Shown here one piece after another: positions 1-11,087 of a stretch of 64,000 nucleotides of DNA. Each line of letters starts with the position of its first letter. The stretch's first letter is position 1. The DNA is from an uncultured Patescibacteria group bacterium (GTDB lineage: Bacteria > Patescibacteriota > Microgenomatia > UBA10105 > UBA927), in assembly GCA_937921305.1 (NCBI GenBank), contig CAKZSU010000005.1, positions 74,740 through 138,739 of the forward strand, given 5' to 3'. Below the pieces are notes generated by a model, which was not told where the DNA came from, did no database searches, and was given only the letters and a program-made list of their open reading frames with translations. Position numbers and translations under genes: made by a program.

Positions 1-549
1 CGTACAAATGTCGCGCAAGTGTTCGATGCCGGGATTCTTGCTCTTCCATGGACATTGTTTCTCATCATGATTGGAGAATTCTTGCATGGAGGAGAGATTG
101 GAAAGCCGACAACATCGTTTCTTGGTGTTCGATTTCCCGGCGACGATGTAGTTCGCCATCCTGTTCATTTGTATGAGTCTTCTGTATTATTGATTGTTGG
201 CATAGTATTTTTCGTTACAATGAATCGAGCGCTTCAGGATAAGTGGCCACATGGCTTGATTGGATCTTTGTTGTTAGTCGTTTTGACGCCACTGCTTTTT
301 ATAGTTGAATTTTTTAAGATGAGCCCAGTATACTTGTACGGTATCACTATTACGCAATGGATGTATGTTGCGGTCTTTGCGCAAAGTTTTGGCATCGTAT
401 TCACAAAAGGAGGCATCTATGAACGGATTGTCTACACAATTTCTCGAAGAGGTTCAAAAAAATCTTCGGGAGGAGCTGGAGCGGATCAAGCAACGAATGA
501 ACGCGTTGAAACTTCAGGATCCGTTTCAGGATCCGGATCACGCGAATGA
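1..549 (+). CDS. lgt: Prolipoprotein diacylglyceryl transferase (5'-truncated by window edge)
   Basis: Membrane protein with HPVHLYES (Lgt HPxQLYE-like) motif, upstream G-E-x-G motif and a downstream 'FIVEFFK' segment. Confidence 0.75.
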   Translation, partial: RTNVAQVFDAGILALPWTLFLIMIGEFLHGGEIGKPTTSFLGVRFPGDDVVRHPVHLYESSVLLIVGIVFFVTMNRALQDKWPHGLIGSLLLVVLTPLLFIVEFFKMSPVYLYGITITQWMYVAVFAQSFGIVFTKGGIYERIVYTISRRGSKKSSGGAGADQATNERVETSGSVSGSGSRE

Positions 550-771
550 TAACGCGGCAAGCGACACAGAAGCCAATGAAGAAGCTGGCCATGATCGAAT
601 CTCCGCGATTTTAGAAGAACTTTCAAAACAGTGGGACGTAACAGAACAAGCGTTGAAACGCATCGATGATCGTTCCTACGGCCTCTGCATTTCTTGCGGA
701 AAAGAAATAGGAGAGGAAAGGCTTCGTGTCAATCCAGCTGCCGAACGATGCGTGACATGCGAATCAATGAC

Positions 772-775
<4 letters not shown>
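419..775 (+). CDS. TraR/DksA C4-type zinc finger protein
   Basis: Coiled coil followed by YGLCISCGKEIGEERL...CVTC; ATG at 419 preceded by AGGAGG. Confidence 0.9.
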
Positions 776-3539
<2,764 letters not shown>

Positions 3540-3568
<29 letters not shown>

Positions 3569-4241
3569 CATCCTCGATGTCTTGGGAAGATTCAACGCGA
3601 CTAGGTGATGGAATATACACGTGCGACGAGGTAAAAGACGGTTGATCTTTATATTTTTCTCCTCTTGCAATCTCTCGGATCAACACAGTAAGAAGATTCT
3701 TTCCTGTGGAGCGAATGATTGCTTGATATTGATTCCCCGCTTGAATATATTTGTTCAGTTTGTGCGATATGTCGTCCGGGAGAGCTCCTAAATAGGTGTT
3801 TGCGATCGTTCGTATTTCAATGCAGTGTTTTTTTACTTTCATCTGAACTTCTTGACCACAGGAGACTTGCGTAAGAACCGAGGTTGGCGCAAGTTTAATG
3901 CAGGAAACAACTTTTGTTTTTCCTGGTTCTTCAAGAAACATACGAGGGGAGGCGATTAGCATTTTTCTATTTGAAGTTTTTTGGTCTTCAAGTTTTTTGA
4001 GATTTTTTTGCGCAATTTGATTATAGGGGTCGCGCTTGAGCACTTGTTGATATGCTGTTTTTGCTTGTTCGATCTTTTCTTTTTGAAGATACGCAAATGC
4101 GAGCCGATTATACGCGTCTATGTCGTCGGGGTTTTCTTCAAGAATGTGGAGGTTGATGCGGATTGCTTCGTCCCACTGTTGTGACAATGCTGCGTTGATA
4201 GCATCGTTGGCAGACAGGGCAGGAGACGATGTATCGTTCAT
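3540..4241 (-). CDS. Tetratricopeptide repeat protein
   Basis: N-terminal TPR pattern (AYNRLAFAY...AKTAYQQVLKRDPYNQIA). Confidence 0.75.
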
Positions 4242-4279
4242 AAGTGGTCAGTGTAGGAAGTTTATAGTAAAATGTCAAT

Positions 4280-4834
4280 ATGGCTGGGCATTCAAAATGG
4301 TCAAAAGTGAAACATCAGAAGTCTGTGACGGATCAAGTCAAGGCAAAATTGTTCACGAAAGCGTCGAGAGCAATTACGGTCGCGGTTCGCGAGGGTGGAG
4401 GGGTAACTGATCCAAATCAAAACGCAAAACTTCGATTGGCGATCGAGCAGGCGAGAGCGGTGAATATGCCCAAAGAAAATATAGAACGAGCGATAGCGAG
4501 GGCAAGAGGAGCGCAAGAACAACAATTAGAATCGCTTGTGTATGAGGCGTACGGACCGGAAGGCGTTGCGATGATTATCACCGCTGTGACCGATAATCGT
4601 CAGCGGACTGTCTCAGCGTTAAAAAACATTCTTAGCCATCATGGCGGGGCGCTTGTTGCTCCCGGAGGCGTGATGTTTTTATTTCAGCGGATCGTGAATA
4701 ATGCGGGAATAAATTATGAACCGTTGCATACGGTATCATTATCAGATCAAGCTCAAGAGCAATTTGATCGCCTCATCGACGCGTTAGACGATCTTGACGA
4801 TGTCCAAGATATTTTCTCTAACGCCGCGTCATGA
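4280..4834 (+). CDS. yebC: YebC/PmpR family protein (short form)
   Basis: MAGHSKW start, NMPKENIERAI, YEAYGP, DDLDDVQ motifs. Confidence 0.93.
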   Translation: MAGHSKWSKVKHQKSVTDQVKAKLFTKASRAITVAVREGGGVTDPNQNAKLRLAIEQARAVNMPKENIERAIARARGAQEQQLESLVYEAYGPEGVAMIITAVTDNRQRTVSALKNILSHHGGALVAPGGVMFLFQRIVNNAGINYEPLHTVSLSDQAQEQFDRLIDALDDLDDVQDIFSNAAS

Positions 4835-5685
4835 TACTGCGTATTTTTCAACTATTCAACCGATTTCAGCGTCCACATAGAGGGATAAAGGGTAGGCATG
4901 AACCGTTGTTGACGAAACGACAAGAATTCGTCTTGATAAGTTTTGCGTTGGGAATAGGTTTAATGATTACTCAATTGCTTCCAGAATATCGGTATCCAAT
5001 GGTGATTGTTCTTTCTATCGCTGCATATTTTGGAAGTGCCTTTGCGTTGCGAAAAGATCTGTCTGGAGTAGAGTTTTTTACGCTATTGATCCTCCCCACG
5101 TTATTCACCGCCGCGGTGACGCTGTTCTACTTTTTGCTTCCACTCCGTTGGATTACGCGGATTCCCGTGTTGGCATTGTACACGCTTGGGATGTACGCGT
5201 TGCTTCTCACGGAAAATATCTACAATGTCTCGGCAAATCGGACAATTCCATTACTTCGCGCCGCGCATACCATCGGGTTTTTAATTACATTGGTCACTTA
5301 TTTTTTGTTGGTTTCAACGGTTTTAGCGTTTCGATTGCACGCGATCCCAAACGCGATTCTTATTGGCGCGATTAGCGCTGTGTTGATTCTTCAGATTCTT
5401 TGGTCTATTGATCTGGAAACAGATCGGATTCAACCCAAAATTTTTCATCTCACTTCCACATTAACACTTATTTTTATGGAGCTTGCGTGGGTATTGTCTT
5501 TCCTCTCTGTGAAGTCGACGATGAAAGCGTTGTTTTTGACAACCTGTTTTTACAGCCTTGTTGGTATAGCGCAACAATATCTTGCGGAGCGCTTGTATAA
5601 GAAAACCGTTATAGAATTTTCAAGTGTTCTTATTATTGTTGGCATTGTATTCCTTTTTGCGATGAATTGGCGAGGAAATTTTTAG
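4831..5685 (+). CDS. Conserved multi-pass membrane protein, function unknown
   Basis: 284 aa ORF with many hydrophobic helices, coupled to yebC by ATGA overlap. Confidence 0.7.
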   Translation: MILRIFQLFNRFQRPHRGIKGRHEPLLTKRQEFVLISFALGIGLMITQLLPEYRYPMVIVLSIAAYFGSAFALRKDLSGVEFFTLLILPTLFTAAVTLFYFLLPLRWITRIPVLALYTLGMYALLLTENIYNVSANRTIPLLRAAHTIGFLITLVTYFLLVSTVLAFRLHAIPNAILIGAISAVLILQILWSIDLETDRIQPKIFHLTSTLTLIFMELAWVLSFLSVKSTMKALFLTTCFYSLVGIAQQYLAERLYKKTVIEFSSVLIIVGIVFLFAMNWRGNF

Positions 5686-6191
5686 ATAGATTTGAGGTAG
5701 GAGAGAGGACAAAGTGATATATTCTGATACAGTTATATTATAGGCCTATAAAAATGTGGATAAGTTTTCACGATATCCTATAAAAGTTTTCACGAATTGC
5801 ATACATAATCCTCATTTGATGTAGGCAGTGTTTGTATTTGATAGTAAAGAATGAAAGAAACGATGATAGAGAGATGTGTGTTGTCATGTTTGCTCGTTTC
5901 AGTATTTAGAAACACTTAGGAAAGGTGCTCTTTTCTTTAAAGTTCTTCAGATGTTTAACTACGTTCAGGATAACAATGTGTACTTGCATACTAAAAAGAA
6001 GTTGCCAAGCATTGTCAAATGGTTTTGTTTTCTGCTAGGTTTACGAAATGATTGGTGGATTGTTTTAAAAACTAGCTTCAAAAGTTTATTTTTGGATTGT
6101 TAAATCAATCTAAAACTAATTTTTTGTGAAGGTGGAGAAATATATAACATAAAAAAACCGAACAAGTGTTTTTTTATGTTATTTTTCTCTT

Positions 6192-6494
6192 TGTCGCCCT
6201 GAACTCGTTCGAAGATCTGAAAGCTTGCGAAGAAATCAATACCACATCATTGCAAAATGTTGAAATAATTTCAGTATAAAATAAGGGATGTATTGCACTC
6301 TTTGACCCTTCTTCTTAATTCTGAACTCTCAATTCAGGATCCGAAGACTTGCGAAGAAACCAATACCATATCATTGCAATGAACTACATTCAGCATGATA
6401 AGAGCGTATCGTCCTGAACATGGTTCAGAATCTGGGGAGTCTCGAGGAAGGGAACGCTCTTTTTATTAGATACTGAAACACGTTCGGCATGACA
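6192..6494. repeat. Three tandem degenerate copies of a palindromic REP/MITE-like element
   Basis: Each unit is bounded by TGTCATCCTGAA-n-TTCAGGATCT-like and AGATGCTGAA-n-TTCAGCATGACA-like ends; the first two share an internal TTGCGAAGAAAyCAATACCAyATCATTGCAA. Confidence 0.7.
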
Positions 6495-6505
6495 TAAAAT
6501 GTGTA

Positions 6506-6946
6506 TCACAAGTTAGGAAGGGAAACGTACTCCATAATGTCGCACAATAATACTTTTACGACGTTTAAGATGAAAAAAGCGAGAGTGGACGCTTTCGTAT
6601 GATTCTTGTTGCCATTGTTTTTTTTGCCGTTTTTCCACATTTCTGGTTTTGCTTCTTGTATGGAGATTCCGGGGTAAATAATACCTTCTCTTGCGTGTTC
6701 ATCCCATATTTTGTGGCAATCAGCGCATAATCCGACGCCGTTCACGCGTTCATCAGATCCACCCATTCCTTGCGGAATAATGTGATGAATTTGCGTTTTG
6801 CATTTTTTCCCACATGCAGCACAACATCCATTCTGTTCTTGACGTATTTGATCTTTTATTTCACGAGAAAAGGCAAGGCGGGATAATTCCCATACAGTAA
6901 GAATCGTTATTCCCAAGGCAATTGGCTTTTTTAGTATTTCCTTCAT
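6506..6946 (-). CDS. HNH endonuclease with hydrophobic N-terminus
   Basis: CAACGKKC...HHIIP...RVNGVGLCADCH: HNH motif with two CxxC pairs. Confidence 0.8.
   Translation of the reverse strand: MKEILKKPIALGITILTVWELSRLAFSREIKDQIRQEQNGCCAACGKKCKTQIHHIIPQGMGGSDERVNGVGLCADCHKIWDEHAREGIIYPGISIQEAKPEMWKNGKKNNGNKNHTKASTLAFFILNVVKVLLCDIMEYVSLPNL
6536..6565. other. dif-like tyrosine recombinase site (12-6-12 imperfect inverted repeat)
   Basis: AATGTCGCACAA-TAATAC-TTTTACGACGTT with 9/12 arm complementarity; left arm recurs twice upstream of the Xer gene. Confidence 0.6.
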
Positions 6947-7221
6947 TTATTTTTCATTTGCGATTTTCGAATCGCAAAGACTGTAAGATAGTCTTCTTCG
7001 TGATCGGGGTGATATCGATGTGGGTCAAGACGATGCATTTCCATTTCAAGTCTATGTTTTGTTAATTCTGCGTATTTTCTGCATTGGAAGCATCCGCAAG
7101 TTTTCGCTCTATGTTTAGCTTCTTCACATTCCTTCCAAAGGTCTAAAAAAACTTTTTCTTCCACATCTTGAACGAATCTATTTGCTTGTTCAAGAATTGA
7201 TTGATCAATTTCTTTTGACAT
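6943..7221 (-). CDS. Small hypothetical protein with CxCxxC motif
   Basis: ORF from MSKEIDQ; TCGCFQC; ATGA coupling to the HNH gene. Confidence 0.55.
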   Translation of the reverse strand: MSKEIDQSILEQANRFVQDVEEKVFLDLWKECEEAKHRAKTCGCFQCRKYAELTKHRLEMEMHRLDPHRYHPDHEEDYLTVFAIRKSQMKNK

Positions 7222-7286
7222 AGATAGATGGTTTGAATATTGAGAAGAACTATATATCGCAATATGCTGAAATGCAAGAGCTAAAT

Positions 7287-8191
7287 TCATGAAGAGTGAA
7301 GTTGCAAGGAATCGATCATGCGCTTTGCAATAGTGTAATTTTCGGCATGTCTGCCATTTGGCTCAACAAGGATATAGACATCATTTCGATCTTTAAACAT
7401 TCTGAGCAACTCTTTCATTTCCTGTCTATTGGGGACAGCTTGATTCGTTTGACACAGTGGATTATCAAGATGATCATGAAAATCTGTACCATTATATGGC
7501 GGAATAATGTATCCAAGATTAAGAATCTTCGTCTGATGAAAGAGTTTTTTTGTTATCTGGACGACTGTTGACCATACAAGCGAGCGTTGAGTTGTCCGGA
7601 TTGTACACGCGGTGTGACCGAAGTCGTTTGCAACGGAGAATCCTTGTTGGTATTTTCGAGATTAAAAATATTGAATGGATTGTCTCGTTTATTCGGGCTA
7701 TACCAGTCATTTGTATCTCGCGATGGGATCGTTTCGATGGCAAGAATAATATTTCGCTCGTTGGCATATTCCGTGAGAATCGTGAGATTTTCAAGAAATA
7801 TCTCTTGGGCTTTTTCTTCGGGGATTGGTTCTCCTGCTGGAACGAATCGCTGTTCGTCAAGGTAAATTTTCACTGGGATACGGGTGCTTGGGTGAAATAC
7901 GACATACTGAAAGCCGTGAATGTATGCGGTATCAATCGTTTCTTTGAGTTGCGCCATTGATGGTTCAACGATAGCGTTGTTTGGAAGCGCAATGTTCGTC
8001 CATGTATGATCTGGAAGATGTCCCCAAAAATGTAAGCCAACCTTCATGTTCCGTCGTTTTAGTTCTTGAAAAAGATTGTTATATTGATCTTTTCTTAAAA
8101 TGTTGAACCATATTTCGGCGAATGGCGGGTTTGCTTTTGCAAGATCGTCAAAACTGTCTTTTTGCGGTCCAACTTTAATTCCAAGAATCAT
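7287..8191 (-). pseudogene. Xylose isomerase-like/AP endonuclease 2 TIM-barrel protein, frameshifted near 7645-7665
   Basis: N-terminal frame has LH, VFHP, AIETIP; a second stop-free frame from about 7660 to the stop at 7287 carries NDFGHT, DFHDH and LVEP. Confidence 0.7.
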
Positions 8192-8242
8192 AGAATGGTT
8201 TGTTTATTATAGCTTATTGGAATGATTGCTTGTTTGCTTGTT

Positions 8243-8298
8243 ATTCAGACACGCTCAGGATGACACGTTGTTGTCACGCTGAATTCATTTCAGGATAT
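8243..8298. repeat. REP/MITE-like palindrome remnants (right end plus left end)
   Basis: ...TCAGGATGACA then TGTCACGCTGAATTCATTTCAGGAT. Confidence 0.55.
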
Positions 8299-8370
8299 AG
8301 AATCGGTTGAAAAGATTTTGTTTATCCGTAATTCTCCAGATATGGAAGAACCATCTTTTTAGTTTTTATA

Positions 8371-8464
8371 ATAATGTCGCACAATATTATTCTTCTCTAT
8401 CTATGATTTTTTCTTTTAGTTATATATCGTCGAAAACGATCATACTCTTCTTTAATGTCGCACA
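8371..8464 (+). promoter_or_regulatory. Two dif-like half-sites upstream of the recombinase gene
   Basis: ATAATGTCGCACAATA (8371-8386, identical to 6534-6549) and TAATGTCGCACA (8453-8464). Confidence 0.55.
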
Positions 8465-8501
8465 TTCTTGATTTTGCTCGTCATGTGTGTCATCATGATA
8501 A

Positions 8502-9449
8502 ATGCATATGACCACATCTTCCCTTACGCTTGATGATCTTGTCCGTCAATTTTTAGAACATCTTGAGATTGAACGAAATGTTTCTCGATTAACGATTCGG
8601 AACTACGCCCATTATCTTCAACGATTTTTGACATTTCTTGGAGATCATCCCTCTATTGATGACATTACCTTTGAAAAAGTTCGGTTGTATCGTCTGTATT
8701 TGTCTCGATATGTTGACGAACACGGGTGCTCGTTGAAGCGGGTGACACAGAATTATCATCTTATCGCGCTTCGTTCGTTTTTGAAGTACTTGATGAAGCG
8801 AGATGTTCCATCGCTTGCTCCAGAAAAAATAGAACTTGCGAAGGCGGAAAGTCGAAGTCTTTTGTACTTGGATCGAGAGCAAATAGAGCGTTTGCTTGCG
8901 TCGCCGAGTATTAGCACAGAGGAAGGGTTACGAGATAAAGCGATTCTTGAGACATTATTTTCCACTGGTCTTCGCGTTTCGGAGTTGGTGTCGTTAAATC
9001 GAGATCACATTAATGTTGAACGAAAAGAATTTGGCGTAATTGGAAAAGGAAGAAAACCTCGCGTTGTGTTCCTTTCTGATCGCGCCGCGGAGTGGATCCA
9101 GCGATATCTTGCAAGCAGAACCGATGAGACGATTCCGTTGTTTATACGATATAGCGGTCCATTGCCGAAAGAACGCGATCCGAAGGGAGAGTCTCTCCGT
9201 CTATCCGCGCGAAGCGTCCAGCGGATTGTCGAGAAATATGTGAAAAAAGCGAAAGTCTCAAAAAAAATTACCCCCCATGGACTTCGTCACAGTTTCGCGA
9301 CAGATTTGCTTTCCGCCGGCGCAGATCTTCGGTCGATTCAGGAAATGCTTGGACATAAAAATGTTTCAACAACGCAGATTTATACTCACATTACGAATAC
9401 ACAGCTTCGCGAAGTGCATAAAAAGTTTCATGAACGACAGACTGCTTAA
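8502..9449 (+). CDS. Tyrosine recombinase, XerC/XerD family
   Basis: TGLRVSEL, GKGRKPR, HGLRHSFAT, LGH and TQIYTH give the full catalytic set; N-terminal SAM-like domain. Confidence 0.95.
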   Translation: MHMTTSSLTLDDLVRQFLEHLEIERNVSRLTIRNYAHYLQRFLTFLGDHPSIDDITFEKVRLYRLYLSRYVDEHGCSLKRVTQNYHLIALRSFLKYLMKRDVPSLAPEKIELAKAESRSLLYLDREQIERLLASPSISTEEGLRDKAILETLFSTGLRVSELVSLNRDHINVERKEFGVIGKGRKPRVVFLSDRAAEWIQRYLASRTDETIPLFIRYSGPLPKERDPKGESLRLSARSVQRIVEKYVKKAKVSKKITPHGLRHSFATDLLSAGADLRSIQEMLGHKNVSTTQIYTHITNTQLREVHKKFHERQTA

Positions 9450-10189
9450 CGAATTTCGTAGCTGATCGTTACGGTTACCGTTACTTCTTGAGAGCCCGGT
9501 TCGATCGATGTTGGCGCATCTTTTTCCGTTATAGCGCTTCTTATCATTGGCATCGGATAGAATGGCGGATTTCCGGTGTTCTCGCTATAGTTAATGACTC
9601 TTCCCAGCTGAAATCCCGCGATTTTTGCCGCTTGTTGGGCTTTTTTGAATGCGTCTTGAAACGCCTTTTGCCTTGCTTCATCTTCTGCTTTTGATCGATC
9701 AGCGATATCAAAATTTATTCCTCCAATAGTATTTGCGCCTTGCGCGGTCGCGATGTCAATGACTTCATTGATCTTGTCCATGTCTCGGACTTTGACGAGA
9801 ATCGTCGCGTTTGCGTTGTATCCAGTTATCTTTTGAAATCTATCCATATAATCATAATTTGGATAGATGCTGTAGTTAGTTGTTTGTATATCCTTCTCAT
9901 CAATGTCGAGTTTTTTTATAGCGTCAGACACTGCGTTTATCTTTTTATTAAGATCGTTTTGTGTTTGTTTTGCTGTAGCTCCTTGCGTTTGAACGCCAAG
10001 GTTCGTGATCGCAATGTCGGGGACAACCGTAACTTTTCCTTCTCCTGTGACAGAGAATGTATCGGTTTTTTGCGTGACCACGGAGGATACAGAAAGCGGC
10101 AACGGATCCGCGAATTTAGTATACAGATACAGCATAGCGAAAAATATGATTGGCCATAGGAGTGTTGCCGGAATGTGTTTATTGTTCAT
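9446..10189 (-). CDS. SIMPL (DUF541) domain protein
   Basis: VTGEGKVTVVPDIA, DIQTTNYSIYPNY, GANTIGGINF, VTISYEI motifs. Confidence 0.9.
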   Translation of the reverse strand: MNNKHIPATLLWPIIFFAMLYLYTKFADPLPLSVSSVVTQKTDTFSVTGEGKVTVVPDIAITNLGVQTQGATAKQTQNDLNKKINAVSDAIKKLDIDEKDIQTTNYSIYPNYDYMDRFQKITGYNANATILVKVRDMDKINEVIDIATAQGANTIGGINFDIADRSKAEDEARQKAFQDAFKKAQQAAKIAGFQLGRVINYSENTGNPPFYPMPMIRSAITEKDAPTSIEPGSQEVTVTVTISYEIR

Positions 10190-11058
10190 GGAGTGGATCC
10201 TCCTTTTTGAAGAATTATACATGCTTGCGTAACATTTTGCATAAGGCACGCAACAGTAATTGGCCCTACCCCTCCTGGAGTCGGTGTATAATATCGAGCT
10301 TTGTTGTGAATATCATCTTCATCATAATCTCCGTAGAGCGTTTCATTATTTTGTTTTATTAACCCTACAGAAATAAGTATGCTTCCTTCTTTCATGTTTT
10401 GTGATTGAATCGTGTGTCGTTTTCCCACACAGGAAATGAGAATATCCGCGGTTTTTATGATTGTCGTCGGAGAATGCGTTGATCGGTCGATCCCTATATA
10501 CGGGATGCCATGACGGTTAAGCAAAGATCTTATGGGCGCTCCTGCGGTTTCTCCCTTGCCAATAACAACGATTCGTTGCGATCGAAGCCATGCATGGGTA
10601 TTAGGAAACCATTGTTTATATTCATGTTGATAAATATGGTCAAGGATAGTGAAGACTGCTGTTGCGGATGGAGGAGTATGAGGCGATGTTGGTGTAAACC
10701 CGTCAACATCTTTCAATGGATTAATCGTGTTGACAATGCTTGTCCGTTCATTAGTTGACCATGATGGTAATGGTCGTTGGACGATGATTCCGTGAATGGT
10801 ATTGTCTTCATTTGCTTTTTGTATGTCAGAGCGAATCACAAGCGGCGATGTGTGTTCAGAGTATTGGTAAATATCGCAGGATATGCCGACCTGCTCCGCT
10901 GCGTGTTGTTTTTGCAGGATATAAGAGCGTGATGATGAATTGTTTCCAAGAAAGAACACGAGTAGTCTCGGGTGGATTCCTTGTTCTTGTATATCGCGGG
11001 TAAGACGAGTAAGAAGAGTATCCGCTATCGCTTTGCCGTCGATTCTTATTGCCTTCAT
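10186..11058 (-). CDS. folD: Methylenetetrahydrofolate dehydrogenase/cyclohydrolase
   Basis: IDGKAIA, GIIVQRPLP, KDVDG, TPTPGGVGPITVACL motifs. Confidence 0.93.
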   Translation of the reverse strand: MKAIRIDGKAIADTLLTRLTRDIQEQGIHPRLLVFFLGNNSSSRSYILQKQHAAEQVGISCDIYQYSEHTSPLVIRSDIQKANEDNTIHGIIVQRPLPSWSTNERTSIVNTINPLKDVDGFTPTSPHTPPSATAVFTILDHIYQHEYKQWFPNTHAWLRSQRIVVIGKGETAGAPIRSLLNRHGIPYIGIDRSTHSPTTIIKTADILISCVGKRHTIQSQNMKEGSILISVGLIKQNNETLYGDYDEDDIHNKARYYTPTPGGVGPITVACLMQNVTQACIILQKGGSTP

Positions 11059-11087
11059 TCATGTATTATACTACGATTTTTGAATCC

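Noticed and set aside
419-549. 131-nt lgt/DksA-like gene overlap as a dual-coding signal
   Set aside because: The lgt tail is low-complexity and most simply explained by a late stop codon.
5876-6103. 75-aa ORF in the non-coding stretch
   Set aside because: Non-ATG start, no recognisable motif, AT-rich chance ORF.
5686-6190. Replication origin
   Set aside because: Only one perfect DnaA box, no dnaA/dnaN nearby and no visible skew switch; kept only as a low-interest finding.
6192-6494. Possible CRISPR array
   Set aside because: Units are degenerate inverted-end elements with partly duplicated interiors, not identical repeats with unique spacers, and no cas genes are present.
6192-9449. Integron (IntI plus attC cassettes)
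   Set aside because: The recombinase is Xer-like with no evident IntI insertion, and the palindromes lack RYYYAAC/GTTRRRY ends.
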